Source: Escherichia coli phage NG_S8
DNA: 64,000 nt
Direction: 5' to 3' (one strand)
Sequence record: LC788711.1
Part shown: positions 1 through 9,008 of the stretch, in pieces
Layout: each line of letters opens with the position of its first letter
Numbering within the stretch: position 1 is the stretch's first letter
The notes under the pieces: generated by a model
Told to the model about the DNA's origin: nothing
What the model saw: the letters and a program-made list of their open reading frames with translations, nothing else
The model's database searches: none
Position numbers and translations under genes: made by a program

Positions 1-1013
1 AGGTTGTAGAAGTTACGGGGGACTACAAAGTCTCTATGGGCTGTCGTTCGTTCCTGGCTGCTGCGGAAGATGGTGAAACTTCTGGTCGTAACAACTTAGG
101 CGTTGTTTCCGTAAACCTTCCTCGAATCGCTATCGAAGCGGAAGGAAATATTGATCTATTCTTCGATCTGCTTGAGCTGCGTGTGGATACCGCGTTAAAA
201 GCATTGGAGTGGAGGGTTGATCGCTTAAAATACATTCAAGCTAAAGCTGCGCCCATCCTCTATATGTCAGGAGCCTTTGGATTACGTCTGGGGCCAGATG
301 AATATGTATTTGATCATTTCTACAAGCGTGCTTCTGTATCTCTAGGGTATATTGGTTGCCACGAAATGTTGCAGCTCATGTTTGGTAAAGATGTAGATAC
401 AATGTCTGAGTCTTGTATCAAGTTCGTTCAACGTGTGCTACAATACATGCGTGATCGTGCTGATCAGAAGAAGGAAGAGACTCAATTAGGGTATAGTCTG
501 TATGCTACACCATCTGAATCTCTATGTGACCGCTTCTGTCGCCTAGACCGTGAGTATTTCCCAGAGCATGAAGATATTCTGGCTAAAGGATATTACACTA
601 ATTCCCATCACCTTGATGTAGAACGTAAGGTTGCTCCAAATGTGAAGTTTGATTATGAGTCTAACTTTACTCCTATTGCTTCTGGTGGGTGCATTTCCTA
701 TGTGGAATTACCGGATATGAAACGATTCCCTGATGCACTGGAATGGGTTATTAACTATGCTGCAAGTAAAGTTCATTACTTCGGTATTAATACTCCAGTA
801 GACTCTTGTGGGGAATGTGGGTTCTTGGGTGAAACTATAGCTTCTGAGGATGGTTTCAAATGCCCAATTTGTGGCAATCATGATCCTGAGACTCTTGAGG
901 TAACTCGTCGAGTTTGTGGATATCTTGGAAATCCAGGTGCTCGTCCGTTTAACCCAGGTAAACAACATGAGGTTATGGGTCGAGTGAAACATCAAGACAT
1001 TCGCGCTAAATAA
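1..1013 (+). CDS. nrdD: anaerobic ribonucleoside-triphosphate reductase (class III), C-terminal part; 5' end lies upstream of window
   Basis: Frame open to window start; C-terminal RVCGYLG glycyl-radical-type motif preceded by Cys cluster CGECG...CPICG. Confidence 0.75.
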   Translation, partial: VVEVTGDYKVSMGCRSFLAAAEDGETSGRNNLGVVSVNLPRIAIEAEGNIDLFFDLLELRVDTALKALEWRVDRLKYIQAKAAPILYMSGAFGLRLGPDEYVFDHFYKRASVSLGYIGCHEMLQLMFGKDVDTMSESCIKFVQRVLQYMRDRADQKKEETQLGYSLYATPSESLCDRFCRLDREYFPEHEDILAKGYYTNSHHLDVERKVAPNVKFDYESNFTPIASGGCISYVELPDMKRFPDALEWVINYAASKVHYFGINTPVDSCGECGFLGETIASEDGFKCPICGNHDPETLEVTRRVCGYLGNPGARPFNPGKQHEVMGRVKHQDIRAK

Positions 1014-1019
1014 TGAATC

Positions 1020-1056
1020 AGCCAGGTTGCTAGTCGACCTGGCTTTTATTTTATTT
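1020..1056 (+). terminator. rho-independent terminator after nrdD
   Basis: Stem AGCCAGGT/ACCTGGCT then TTTTATTTTATTT. Confidence 0.7.
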
Positions 1057-1083
1057 GCTTTCGAGCTAAAACTTATGTATAAT
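1055..1083 (+). promoter_or_regulatory. sigma70-type early promoter (-35 TTGCTT, 17-bp spacer, extended -10 TGTATAAT)
   Basis: Hexamers read directly; same architecture as the P_N25-like promoter. Confidence 0.6.
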
Positions 1084-1111
1084 TGATTTATAAATTTGAG
1101 AGGAGAAAGCT

Positions 1112-1393
1112 ATGAGCGAATTGCTTCCGAAAGTAGATGTTTCCCATCTTGGAGAGCCTAGTGAAGAACGTAAGGCTCTAGATTGGTTGGGCGGATTTGA
1201 TTATCGTCGTGTTGTTGCAACATGGAATGATAAGAAAGTTAAGAAGTTTCGGGTACATTATGTAGGTAAAGACAAGTGGCTCTGGATTGATTATGAAGAA
1301 TCGAAGGGGTCTACTAAGGCTGTGAAAATTTATCGTATGTATGGGTATTATTATGCTCACTGTGATAAGAATGAATTTACAGTACAGAACTAA
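1112..1393 (+). CDS. hypothetical protein (93 aa)
   Basis: ORF with strong RBS GAGAGGAG, directly downstream of an extended -10 promoter. Confidence 0.6.
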   Translation: MSELLPKVDVSHLGEPSEERKALDWLGGFDYRRVVATWNDKKVKKFRVHYVGKDKWLWIDYEESKGSTKAVKIYRMYGYYYAHCDKNEFTVQN

Positions 1394-1402
1394 GGAATAA
1401 GA

Positions 1403-1606
1403 ATGAAAAACGTAAAACATCTTAAATATCGCTTAATTTACAACGGACGTATGGAAACAGAAGATCTAGCTCAGCTAGCGATCAATTCAGATGAAGTTAC
1501 AGTTCGTGCTTTGTCCATCGAGAAGCTGCGTGCTTCTTATGAAAATCGTATTATGGAATTGGAGGAAAAACTTTATGGACTTCTTGAATCAGAATCTAAA
1601 AAGTAA
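1403..1606 (+). CDS. hypothetical protein (67 aa)
   Basis: ORF with RBS AAGGAA; compact spacing. Confidence 0.45.
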   Translation: MKNVKHLKYRLIYNGRMETEDLAQLAINSDEVTVRALSIEKLRASYENRIMELEEKLYGLLESESKK

Positions 1607-1769
1607 TTTAGAAAATATGCTTATGGAGCAGTGGAATGCTGGGTATAATGCTGGAGTAGCTACCTGTATTGCTGGTTTGGATATGCTTATTAAGCAAGAG
1701 AAGGTTCGCCCAGAAGAAGCAATTCTGCTCCAAAATATCATCGAAGGATTCAAGCAAGGAATCATATAA
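1575..1769 (+). CDS. hypothetical protein (64 aa)
   Basis: ATG 1575 preceded by GGAGG (1561-1565); overlaps end of previous ORF; stop overlaps next start. Confidence 0.4.
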   Translation: MDFLNQNLKSNLENMLMEQWNAGYNAGVATCIAGLDMLIKQEKVRPEEAILLQNIIEGFKQGII

Positions 1770-2620
1770 TGCGTAGACTAATCGTTGTTAGTGGTGCAGG
1801 TTTGAGTGTAGATAGTGGTGTTCGTGCTTTCCGTACTGATACTGCTAGTGGGAAATCCTTGTGGGATGAGTACGATCTAGAGGAAGTATGTAGCTTGCCT
1901 AACTTTGAAGCTGGCTTCCGTCGCTTCTGTGGTGAAGATGATCCTAACTACTTCAGTGCTCGTTTCCCTGGCATTGATAAAGATGGTAACGATCTGTATC
2001 TCAAGACTCATGAGTTCTACAACATGCGTCGTCAGGAATTACAGACTGTTGAGCCTAACATTGCCCATCTGCGAATTGCAGAATGGTTCCAGCGTTATGG
2101 TGCGGATAGCGTGAAGAACTTCACTACTAACGTTGATGACCTTCTGGAACGTGCTGGTATCCCTCGTGATGAAATCATTCACGCTCACGGGTACTTGAAA
2201 GAGGTGATCTATCGTCAGGGTCGCAACCAAATCATCGAAGATGTTGGGTATACTGCGATTGCCCCTGAGGATTACGAATGGGTAAAACCAAACGTAACAT
2301 TCTTTGGTGAGACGGCTCCGTGGTATATGGGTCAGATTAACCTGTTTGATACACTTACTAGCAATGATATGGTTATTGTAGTAGGTTGTAGCAACCAAGT
2401 AATCGACTTCAACTGGGAGCTATTTCCTGCTGTATGTCGTGGAACTAAGATGATGGTTGTTAACCCACAAGTTCGTTATGACGAACAGCTTGAGTATGAG
2501 AAACGTGGTGTTACTGTATGGCGTGCTGGAGCTGCCGAAGTTTTTGGTAATAAACACTTTATTGATCAAGTTGAAGCTTTTATGGAGGGAAATATTTATG
2601 TCCCAGAAAAGCATGTGTGA
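1769..2620 (+). CDS. SIR2-family (sirtuin-like) NAD-binding protein, no zinc ribbon
   Basis: Motifs VVSGAGLSVDSGVRAFR, TTNVDDLLERAG, HAHGY, VVGCSNQV in sirtuin order; no CxxC pairs. Confidence 0.7.
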   Translation: MRRLIVVSGAGLSVDSGVRAFRTDTASGKSLWDEYDLEEVCSLPNFEAGFRRFCGEDDPNYFSARFPGIDKDGNDLYLKTHEFYNMRRQELQTVEPNIAHLRIAEWFQRYGADSVKNFTTNVDDLLERAGIPRDEIIHAHGYLKEVIYRQGRNQIIEDVGYTAIAPEDYEWVKPNVTFFGETAPWYMGQINLFDTLTSNDMVIVVGCSNQVIDFNWELFPAVCRGTKMMVVNPQVRYDEQLEYEKRGVTVWRAGAAEVFGNKHFIDQVEAFMEGNIYVPEKHV

Positions 2621-2780
2621 TCTTTTAGTATGGCCAGACGGTAGTTGGTGCTACCGTTTCGAATTTGCTACTGATGACTTCTCATGGAAGAGTGATGATT
2701 TCTGCGTTATCTATGAGGATACAGCAGAATGGAAAGAGTTCCTTATTAAGGAGGGAGAATATGGTGAAGAAGATTTTTAA
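2598..2780 (+). CDS. hypothetical small acidic protein (60 aa)
   Basis: ATG 2598 after GGAGGG; in-frame part of ORF 2457-2780. Confidence 0.45.
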   Translation: MSQKSMCDLLVWPDGSWCYRFEFATDDFSWKSDDFCVIYEDTAEWKEFLIKEGEYGEEDF

Positions 2781-2946
2781 GGGTATCTGGAAAGGTCTAG
2801 TATGGTTTGTCAACCTAATCGGTATGATTACCATTTATTCTCTGTTCCTATCTGTTATGTGGGGTAAAGGTGAATTGAAGGTTCCAGTTCCTTTTACTGA
2901 TGAAGTTAAAGTCTGGACGTGGGATGCTACTGGTGGAAATAAGTAA
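2761..2946 (+). CDS. hypothetical small membrane protein (61 aa)
   Basis: ATG 2761 after AAGGAGGGAG; hydrophobic segment GLVWFVNLIGMITIYSLFLSVMW. Confidence 0.45.
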   Translation: MVKKIFKGIWKGLVWFVNLIGMITIYSLFLSVMWGKGELKVPVPFTDEVKVWTWDATGGNK

Positions 2947-3440
2947 TACTCCTGTGATTTTCCTGGATATTGATGGGGTGCTCAATTCGAGCATCTCTCA
3001 CCATCATGCTCCAGATAGTGAGAAGCTATTCTTTGGGGGTGATTGGGTTTACAAGCCATTACTCCAGGCTTTTCAGAACTTTCTTGAGCCATCCCCAATA
3101 ATGATTGTTGGGGTATCTTCATGGTTTTCTGTACGAAATGAAATGGAGAACGTTCAGATTATGACCGGACTCGGTTTGATCGATCGTTTTCTTGGTACAA
3201 CAGATTTTACTGGAGGTGGTTTATCTCGGGGGTAATTCTGTTTTACGTTTTGTCGAAAAATATAAGCTCAAGCATTGGTGTGTCCTAGATGATGCTGGTG
3301 CTATGATGTATCAATTTCCTACTGTTATTGTAAACGGCAGGACTGGAATAAACCTTCAAGATTTAAACGCTATCAGCTATATGCTGGAGTTTAGTCCAGA
3401 TCTTGAAATGTGTAAGGCTCTTCAGAAACTTAAGGTATAA
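2924..3440 (+). pseudogene. HAD-superfamily 5'-nucleotidase-like gene (NT5C-like), apparently frameshifted at G-run 3226-3230
   Basis: N-terminal VIFLDIDGVLN (HAD motif I) in frame 2900-3235; downstream HWCVLDDAG (DD motif) continues in frame 3192-3440. Confidence 0.4.
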
Positions 3441-3442
3441 GC

Positions 3443-3871
3443 ATGTTCAATAATATTTTCATGAAAGAGGTAAATCCTATGCTTCTCAACTTCTGGCGCT
3501 CTCTCCCTAATGGTATGTATAATGAAACCATCAATCTCCTTAAGATTTGGTGTGAGAATAACGATATCTTCCTGTCTTTTAAAGGCCCGCTAGAGGAAGC
3601 TCCGTGTATTGGAGTTAGTGTGGATTTAGGCGAGGGAGTAGAAGAGATTGTAGACTGGAAAGAACTTGATGAAATGGGTCTGGTTTTTGCCTTGAACCAT
3701 AAGCTGTTTATGCCTGCAAATCACCGTCTTATTGTAAATTATCGCACTGGTGAAGCTCCTGCTTTCCAGGTAAATGAACGTGAGGGCTGGTCATACTCGC
3801 CCGGGGAAGTAAATGAGGGGATTCAGAAACTTCGTCGTTTCGGGTATATGATCCCAGGTTTAACTGCTTAA
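3443..3871 (+). CDS. hypothetical protein (142 aa), paralog of next gene
   Basis: ORF; C-terminal half alignable by eye with 3881-4276 product (DW.EL..MGL..ALN...F.P......TGE.P..QV......Y.....E......GY..PGL). Confidence 0.6.
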   Translation: MFNNIFMKEVNPMLLNFWRSLPNGMYNETINLLKIWCENNDIFLSFKGPLEEAPCIGVSVDLGEGVEEIVDWKELDEMGLVFALNHKLFMPANHRLIVNYRTGEAPAFQVNEREGWSYSPGEVNEGIQKLRRFGYMIPGLTA

Positions 3872-3880
3872 GGAGGCAGA

Positions 3881-4276
3881 ATGGAACAAGTATTTTGGCG
3901 TCAGATAGATCCTAGTTTGGTAGAGCGTGCTGAGGGGCTCCTTGCACGTTGGTTGGGGGTTGACAAGGTTAGTGTAACATTTCCGTTTACTTCTGTAACA
4001 GACCCTAGTGTAGGAGTCTTTGTGGATGAAGATGAAGATGATGGTTGGGAAGCTGACTGGAATGAATTGTCCAGCATGGGCTTGATTGTTGCCCTCAACT
4101 TCTCTATATTCCATCCACGTGGCTTAGCCATTACACGTGACCCCGAAACTGGTGAATCCCCTTATCTTTTGCAAGTAGAAGATGATATTTGGGAGTACAC
4201 CGAAGATATTCTCGAAGAAGCTAAAGGTCACTTAAATCGCATTGGGATCTATGTCCCAGGCCTAAATGATGATTGA
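3881..4276 (+). CDS. hypothetical acidic protein (131 aa), paralog of previous gene
   Basis: RBS AAGGAGG; acidic stretch DEDEDDGWEADWNE; shared C-terminal motif with upstream ORF. Confidence 0.65.
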   Translation: MEQVFWRQIDPSLVERAEGLLARWLGVDKVSVTFPFTSVTDPSVGVFVDEDEDDGWEADWNELSSMGLIVALNFSIFHPRGLAITRDPETGESPYLLQVEDDIWEYTEDILEEAKGHLNRIGIYVPGLNDD

Positions 4277-4367
4277 TTTTCATTAGCCCAATCCTGATTA
4301 CCGAGTCATTTTGGCTCGGTTTTCTCTGTGCTCAAAGACACTGATAGCACCTTCGGAAAAATTTTAC

Positions 4368-4396
4368 TTGCAGGATGCTCAAAATCTTGATATAAT
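4368..4396 (+). promoter_or_regulatory. sigma70-type early promoter (extended -10 TGATATAAT)
   Basis: -10 TATAAT 4391-4396 with upstream TG; -35-like TTGCAG. Confidence 0.5.
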
Positions 4397-4892
4397 ATTT
4401 ATATTGAATTGAGAGACATTAGTAAAAATTGATTTTGCTAATTTTTCTTGTTTACAATCCGCAATACGGAACAGTTAGGCTGCCCCATTAAGGGTTGTTT
4501 TAACTATTACTAGTGTTTATACTGCATTAGTTAATTATCAATTAAGTGATCTGCGTACCCTGAATTCGGAAAGGTAAATCCAAACCGTGCATATTTAGCT
4601 CGTTATATAGGCAGAGCTTTATATGGGGGTGCGAACGAAAAGAGCAGCGAATGGTGACACGTCCAGTAGCCACCTACCAATAGGATAGTGAGGGCAATCA
4701 GAATCGGCTTAGCGGCCAATGACCTAGGTTCTGATCTGGATAAGAGTTAAGAGAGCGCAGCACTGAGGTATGATAACTTATTCATACTGCTTGATGGTGA
4801 TTAATGTTTGTGTAAATGGTAGTAATAGTTGTTCTATTCTTTTGAATAGTCCTAAAGAAAGATATCCGAATAACCAACATAGGAGTATTGTT

Positions 4893-7682
4893 GTGTTCTC
4901 AATCCTACAAGGTCACGCAGGATTTTCCAGAGATAAAGCCACTGGCATCTGGAAAGAGATCAAAGTGGAAGATTACACCTTTGCAAAGCGATTCTCTAAA
5001 GAGCATCCAGAAGGTAAACCAGCTTCCATGCCCTTCAAATTTGATGTACTTGAAGAACTTGACCCGCAAAACCTTGCTGAAATGTTACCTATCATGCGTC
5101 GTCTTACCAAAGACCCGCATATTGTAGCTATTCGGGGTAAGTGTCTAGCTCCAAAAGATAATGTGCGTCGTACCAGAGGAAACTTTAACGTATCCAATCC
5201 TAGTCATATTATTGCTATGGACGTGGATGGTATTGTAGATACTGGTGGCTATGACAAGTTTAATCTTGTTGGCATGGCACGTCATATTATTAAGATGTTG
5301 AATAGTATTAGTGAGGATATGTTTCCTCTTGATGCAGGGTTTATTGCCCATGCATCGTCTTCGGCTGGATTAAAACCAGGTATCCGAATGCACTTAATGC
5401 TAGAATCTAATGTCAAGGTAACGCAGGGACAGTTAAAGTTCTTATTTACATCTATCAATGATAGTAGTAAGCAAAAGTACGGCTTTGATATTGCTGACTT
5501 AGCTTATTATTCTTCTGTTCAGCTTCACTATTTCGCAGATCCCTTATTTGATGATGGTATAGTCGATCCGTTTAAAGCGGAGAATAAACCACGTCTTGTG
5601 TATGTTAAGGGTTCGAAGGTGAATCTACCTAATAACCTAGTTGACTTTGAAACAACTAGAGGTGAGTTTAAAGAAGAATTCTACTCCTTACTTGACCAAA
5701 TTAAAGGCAAGAAGGCTGCATCTGATAAAGTGGAAGAAACCATCAGCGAACTAGAAGAAGCTGAGGATGGGGTGTACCTGCGTATTATTCCAAAACTTTA
5801 CCACAGAGCGTTAGAAGATGGTGTTGACTTTACATGGTTAGAACGTGAGATTAAACCAGCTTTATCTGAATATATTGCAACTAAAGATAATAGTCGTAAT
5901 ATTCAAGATTACTTTAATAACGGTCGTAAGCAGGCTCTCAAAGCCTTTGTAAATAACTCCAAACGTGAGATTCCACCAAACTTAAAAGGTGTACCATTAA
6001 AACGTCTAGACACAGATTCTCCACCAGAAGTTCCATACCTGAAAATTAACATTGTACCACCAAAAGGACATTTAACATTTGTTAAGGCAAGTCTTGGTAC
6101 GGGTAAAACTACAGCAGTAACTAAGTGGCTAGATGCAGGTGTTCTTCCAGGAAACTTTATTGCAATCACAAATACTAGGGCACTTGTATCTTCTAACGCG
6201 AAGAAATTCGGTGCTGGTCAGTATGATAAGTCAGTTGATATGCTGAACTTCAAACGTGGTGCCATTGATCGTATGTCTTCAACTATTCACTCTATCCATA
6301 AGTTCAAGAGCTTTGTGGGTCAGATTGATACGATCTTTATTGATGAATGTGACGCAGTAATGAATGATCTGTTATTCGCTCCGGTTGTTAAAAACCGTCG
6401 TGAATGTATTCAGGTTCTTCGTGATATCCTTATTACTGCTAAAACTGTTATCTTATCCGATGGTGATATCAGTGCAGAAACGATTGAAGCCTATGGTTCT
6501 TTGATTGATTTTGATAAACCAGTCGCATTTTATAATCACCACCGTAAAATGCTGGCGAAAGCTCATGCTTATGAATTCCCTGATGAATCCAGTATTTGGG
6601 TTGCACTTCAAACATCTTTAGAGATGGGGGAGAAATCAATCCTAGTATCTGACTGTGGCCCGGATGAACTGAATGAGAAGGGAATGGCATTACGTCGTAA
6701 TACTGGTGCGTTAGTTAAAGAAATTCACTCAAACTCTACGTCTGATGTAGATATCCGACGTATTCTGGATTATACAACTAATGAGCTAATTGATCAACAG
6801 ATTGATTGTTTATTATGTAGTCCATCTGTAACGAGTGGTGTTGACTTTAACTATTTTGATAACGTATTCGTAATCACTAGAACCTCAAACCAAGCGCCAA
6901 ACATGCGTTTTCAAGCAATCAGGCGCGACCGTGGTGCTCAGAACATTTATTATTTTATTGATAAATCTACGAGTGGATTTTCTGCGGGTTCCGAGCAATA
7001 TAATATTGACGAAGGTTGGATTGAGTTAGCCCAACAACTGTACGCACGTCGTCGTGAGCTGGAATCTAGAAACTATACTAGTACTTTGCGTTATTATCTG
7101 CTTGATCAGGGTGCAACTATCGATATTTTCAGCGAAAGCTGGGGAACTATCGAAGGTGCAGGCAAAGAGTATACAGAAGAGCGAATCAAAGCTATTTTGC
7201 ACTCAACTCCTGAATATTGTGCACCACGTCATGCAGATGCCTATGAAGCCAAGTTACTTCTGGTTCGCTATTATCATCTGGATTCTATTAAAGATGTAAC
7301 AGTGGAACACGTTGAACAGTATATCAAGGATAAACCAAACGATAGAGCTGCATTCTTCCATAAGATGCACGACATGTTCTGGGAAGATATTAAAAAGTGT
7401 TCAAACGTAACAATCAAACCGTTTATCGAAGCTCTTAAGAATAAGAAGAAGGATTTCTTCCTTAAGACAGGTCAGAGCGCTAACCCAAAATATGCTCGTA
7501 TGTATCTTGGCATGATGGGTATCGGTAAAGATCTGGATACGGAAAAGATTGTGGACTGGTACAGAACTTACTGTAAGATCGAATGTATGCCGATTCCAGT
7601 TAAGTTTATGACAGATGAAGAACGTCAGATGCATGAGGAAGCTCTTGCTGAATTGGGGGCTAGAAATGACAGCGAAGAATAA
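4893..7682 (+). CDS. large replication-associated P-loop NTPase / helicase-like protein (putative origin-binding helicase)
   Basis: Walker A GTGKTT, Walker B FIDECD; start taken as GTG 4893 after AGGAG (first ATG at 4770 gives implausible N-terminus). Confidence 0.6.
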   Translation: MFSILQGHAGFSRDKATGIWKEIKVEDYTFAKRFSKEHPEGKPASMPFKFDVLEELDPQNLAEMLPIMRRLTKDPHIVAIRGKCLAPKDNVRRTRGNFNVSNPSHIIAMDVDGIVDTGGYDKFNLVGMARHIIKMLNSISEDMFPLDAGFIAHASSSAGLKPGIRMHLMLESNVKVTQGQLKFLFTSINDSSKQKYGFDIADLAYYSSVQLHYFADPLFDDGIVDPFKAENKPRLVYVKGSKVNLPNNLVDFETTRGEFKEEFYSLLDQIKGKKAASDKVEETISELEEAEDGVYLRIIPKLYHRALEDGVDFTWLEREIKPALSEYIATKDNSRNIQDYFNNGRKQALKAFVNNSKREIPPNLKGVPLKRLDTDSPPEVPYLKINIVPPKGHLTFVKASLGTGKTTAVTKWLDAGVLPGNFIAITNTRALVSSNAKKFGAGQYDKSVDMLNFKRGAIDRMSSTIHSIHKFKSFVGQIDTIFIDECDAVMNDLLFAPVVKNRRECIQVLRDILITAKTVILSDGDISAETIEAYGSLIDFDKPVAFYNHHRKMLAKAHAYEFPDESSIWVALQTSLEMGEKSILVSDCGPDELNEKGMALRRNTGALVKEIHSNSTSDVDIRRILDYTTNELIDQQIDCLLCSPSVTSGVDFNYFDNVFVITRTSNQAPNMRFQAIRRDRGAQNIYYFIDKSTSGFSAGSEQYNIDEGWIELAQQLYARRRELESRNYTSTLRYYLLDQGATIDIFSESWGTIEGAGKEYTEERIKAILHSTPEYCAPRHADAYEAKLLLVRYYHLDSIKDVTVEHVEQYIKDKPNDRAAFFHKMHDMFWEDIKKCSNVTIKPFIEALKNKKKDFFLKTGQSANPKYARMYLGMMGIGKDLDTEKIVDWYRTYCKIECMPIPVKFMTDEERQMHEEALAELGARNDSEE

Positions 7683-7899
7683 AAAGTGGGAAACAAGGAA
7701 GTTTTCCGTAAAAGAACGGAAAACTTCTGTTTACGATACTGCGGAGAAACTATGTAGGGTTGTACCACCTCGTCTCGCTGGCATCCCTAACGTCTCCATA
7801 TGGTTACTTAAACAACGGAAGACTCGTGTGTCTCTTCGCATTGGCTTTGAGTTAGATAAAGTCTATGCTGAACTTGCTTCTTTGCTCAAAGAATCGTAA
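7666..7899 (+). CDS. hypothetical basic protein (77 aa)
   Basis: In-frame ATG within ORF 7615-7899, overlapping stop of upstream gene; weak RBS. Confidence 0.35.
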   Translation: MTAKNKKWETRKFSVKERKTSVYDTAEKLCRVVPPRLAGIPNVSIWLLKQRKTRVSLRIGFELDKVYAELASLLKES

Positions 7900-7907
7900 A
7901 AATTTAT

Positions 7908-7943
7908 TTGCTTTTAGGAAAATTTTTCTGTATAATAGATTCA
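7908..7943 (+). promoter_or_regulatory. P_N25-like strong early promoter
   Basis: -35 TTGCTT 7908-7913, 17-bp spacer, -10 TATAAT 7931-7936, downstream ATAAATTTGAGAGAGGAG; matches remembered T5 P_N25 except two or three positions. Confidence 0.85.
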
Positions 7944-7967
7944 TAAATTTGAGAGAGGAGTTTAAAT

Positions 7968-8672
7968 ATGGCTGGTTCTCGTAGAAAGAAACTTATCCAT
8001 GAAATCCCTGATGAAACCTTTAAAAAGGTTATTGAACATCTGGAGAATGGTGGTACTAAGAAAGCAGCATGTGAAATGCTCGGTGTTTCTTCTAACCCAA
8101 CTATGGAACGAATGATCGAAGAATGGAGAGATCGTCAGGTTCAAGTTGCGGAAATGAAAAAGAAGAAGCGTGGAACACTGATTGAGGGTGTTGAGCTTGC
8201 AAACGTAATTGAACAGTATCTTTCTGGTGATTCTTTTGAAGAAATTGCTGATCGTAACTATCGTTCTGTAGCGATGATTAAATCTGTTCTGGAACGTTAT
8301 GGTGCTCTGCTTCGTTTAAACGATATTGTTGATCCATTGAATCCTCCGTTGATTCCTGATGATGCAATGGCAGAAGAATTTGAAGTTGGTGAACTTGTTT
8401 GGGTTCCTGGCTATCAGTGTATTGGTGAAATCAAGAAAGCAATGACTAACCCAGTTGGCTGCTACCGTGTTTGGTTGTTATCAGAAGGTAAACAACAGAA
8501 CGTTCACTATATGCACTACGAATTAGCTTCTGTTAAACATCTGGAAAAGCTGGGTGTTGATGTTAAGGCTCTGGGCTTTAAGTGGAGTCGTGAAGAAGTT
8601 ATCACGTTGGTTAATGAAGCTGTTAAAGCTGCCCTGAAACTAGATAAAGAGAAAGGAAAACGTCGTGAGTAA
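7968..8672 (+). CDS. hypothetical protein with N-terminal HTH-like region (234 aa), first gene after P_N25-like promoter
   Basis: RBS GAGAGAGGAG; ACEMLGVS helix-turn-helix-like segment. Confidence 0.7.
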   Translation: MAGSRRKKLIHEIPDETFKKVIEHLENGGTKKAACEMLGVSSNPTMERMIEEWRDRQVQVAEMKKKKRGTLIEGVELANVIEQYLSGDSFEEIADRNYRSVAMIKSVLERYGALLRLNDIVDPLNPPLIPDDAMAEEFEVGELVWVPGYQCIGEIKKAMTNPVGCYRVWLLSEGKQQNVHYMHYELASVKHLEKLGVDVKALGFKWSREEVITLVNEAVKAALKLDKEKGKRRE

Positions 8673-8901
8673 ACTAACTGATCTGTTAAAAGCTGGAGAC
8701 GTAAAATATCTCCAGCGAACTAGTTGGGAAAATAATAAAGATTACACAGTAATCCTGAAATTCTTTGTAGATAGCAATACCGTACGCCAGTACGTGTGGA
8801 TGCCTTTTGATACATCATTATTCCCAAGTGATGAAGTGTGTGAACTAACCCTAGAAGAAGCCCTGGCCGACGATTGGGAGATCGTTGAACTAGATGTGTA
8901 G
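8665..8901 (+). CDS. hypothetical protein (78 aa)
   Basis: GTG start overlapping upstream stop; RBS AAAGGAAAA. Confidence 0.45.
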   Translation: MSKLTDLLKAGDVKYLQRTSWENNKDYTVILKFFVDSNTVRQYVWMPFDTSLFPSDEVCELTLEEALADDWEIVELDV

Positions 8902-8921
8902 CAGTTACTGAAAAATTTCAG

Positions 8922-8950
8922 TTGCTTAATCCTGTAATTCTTGATATAAT
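8922..8950 (+). promoter_or_regulatory. sigma70-type early promoter
   Basis: -35 TTGCTT 8922-8927, 17-bp spacer, TGATATAAT. Confidence 0.6.
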
Positions 8951-9008
8951 ATTCTCATAGTTTGAAAGAACTATTCTGTTTAATTCTTAATTAAGGAAAT
9001 CGAAAAAT

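Noticed and set aside
4480-4770. Possible tRNA genes in the long non-coding leader
   Set aside because: No T-loop (GTTCRANYC) or cloverleaf-compatible segments found by eye; would need tRNAscan to exclude fully.
4770-4892. First ATG of the large helicase-like ORF
   Set aside because: Gives a Cys/Asn-rich N-terminus with no RBS; GTG 4893 after AGGAG is a better start.
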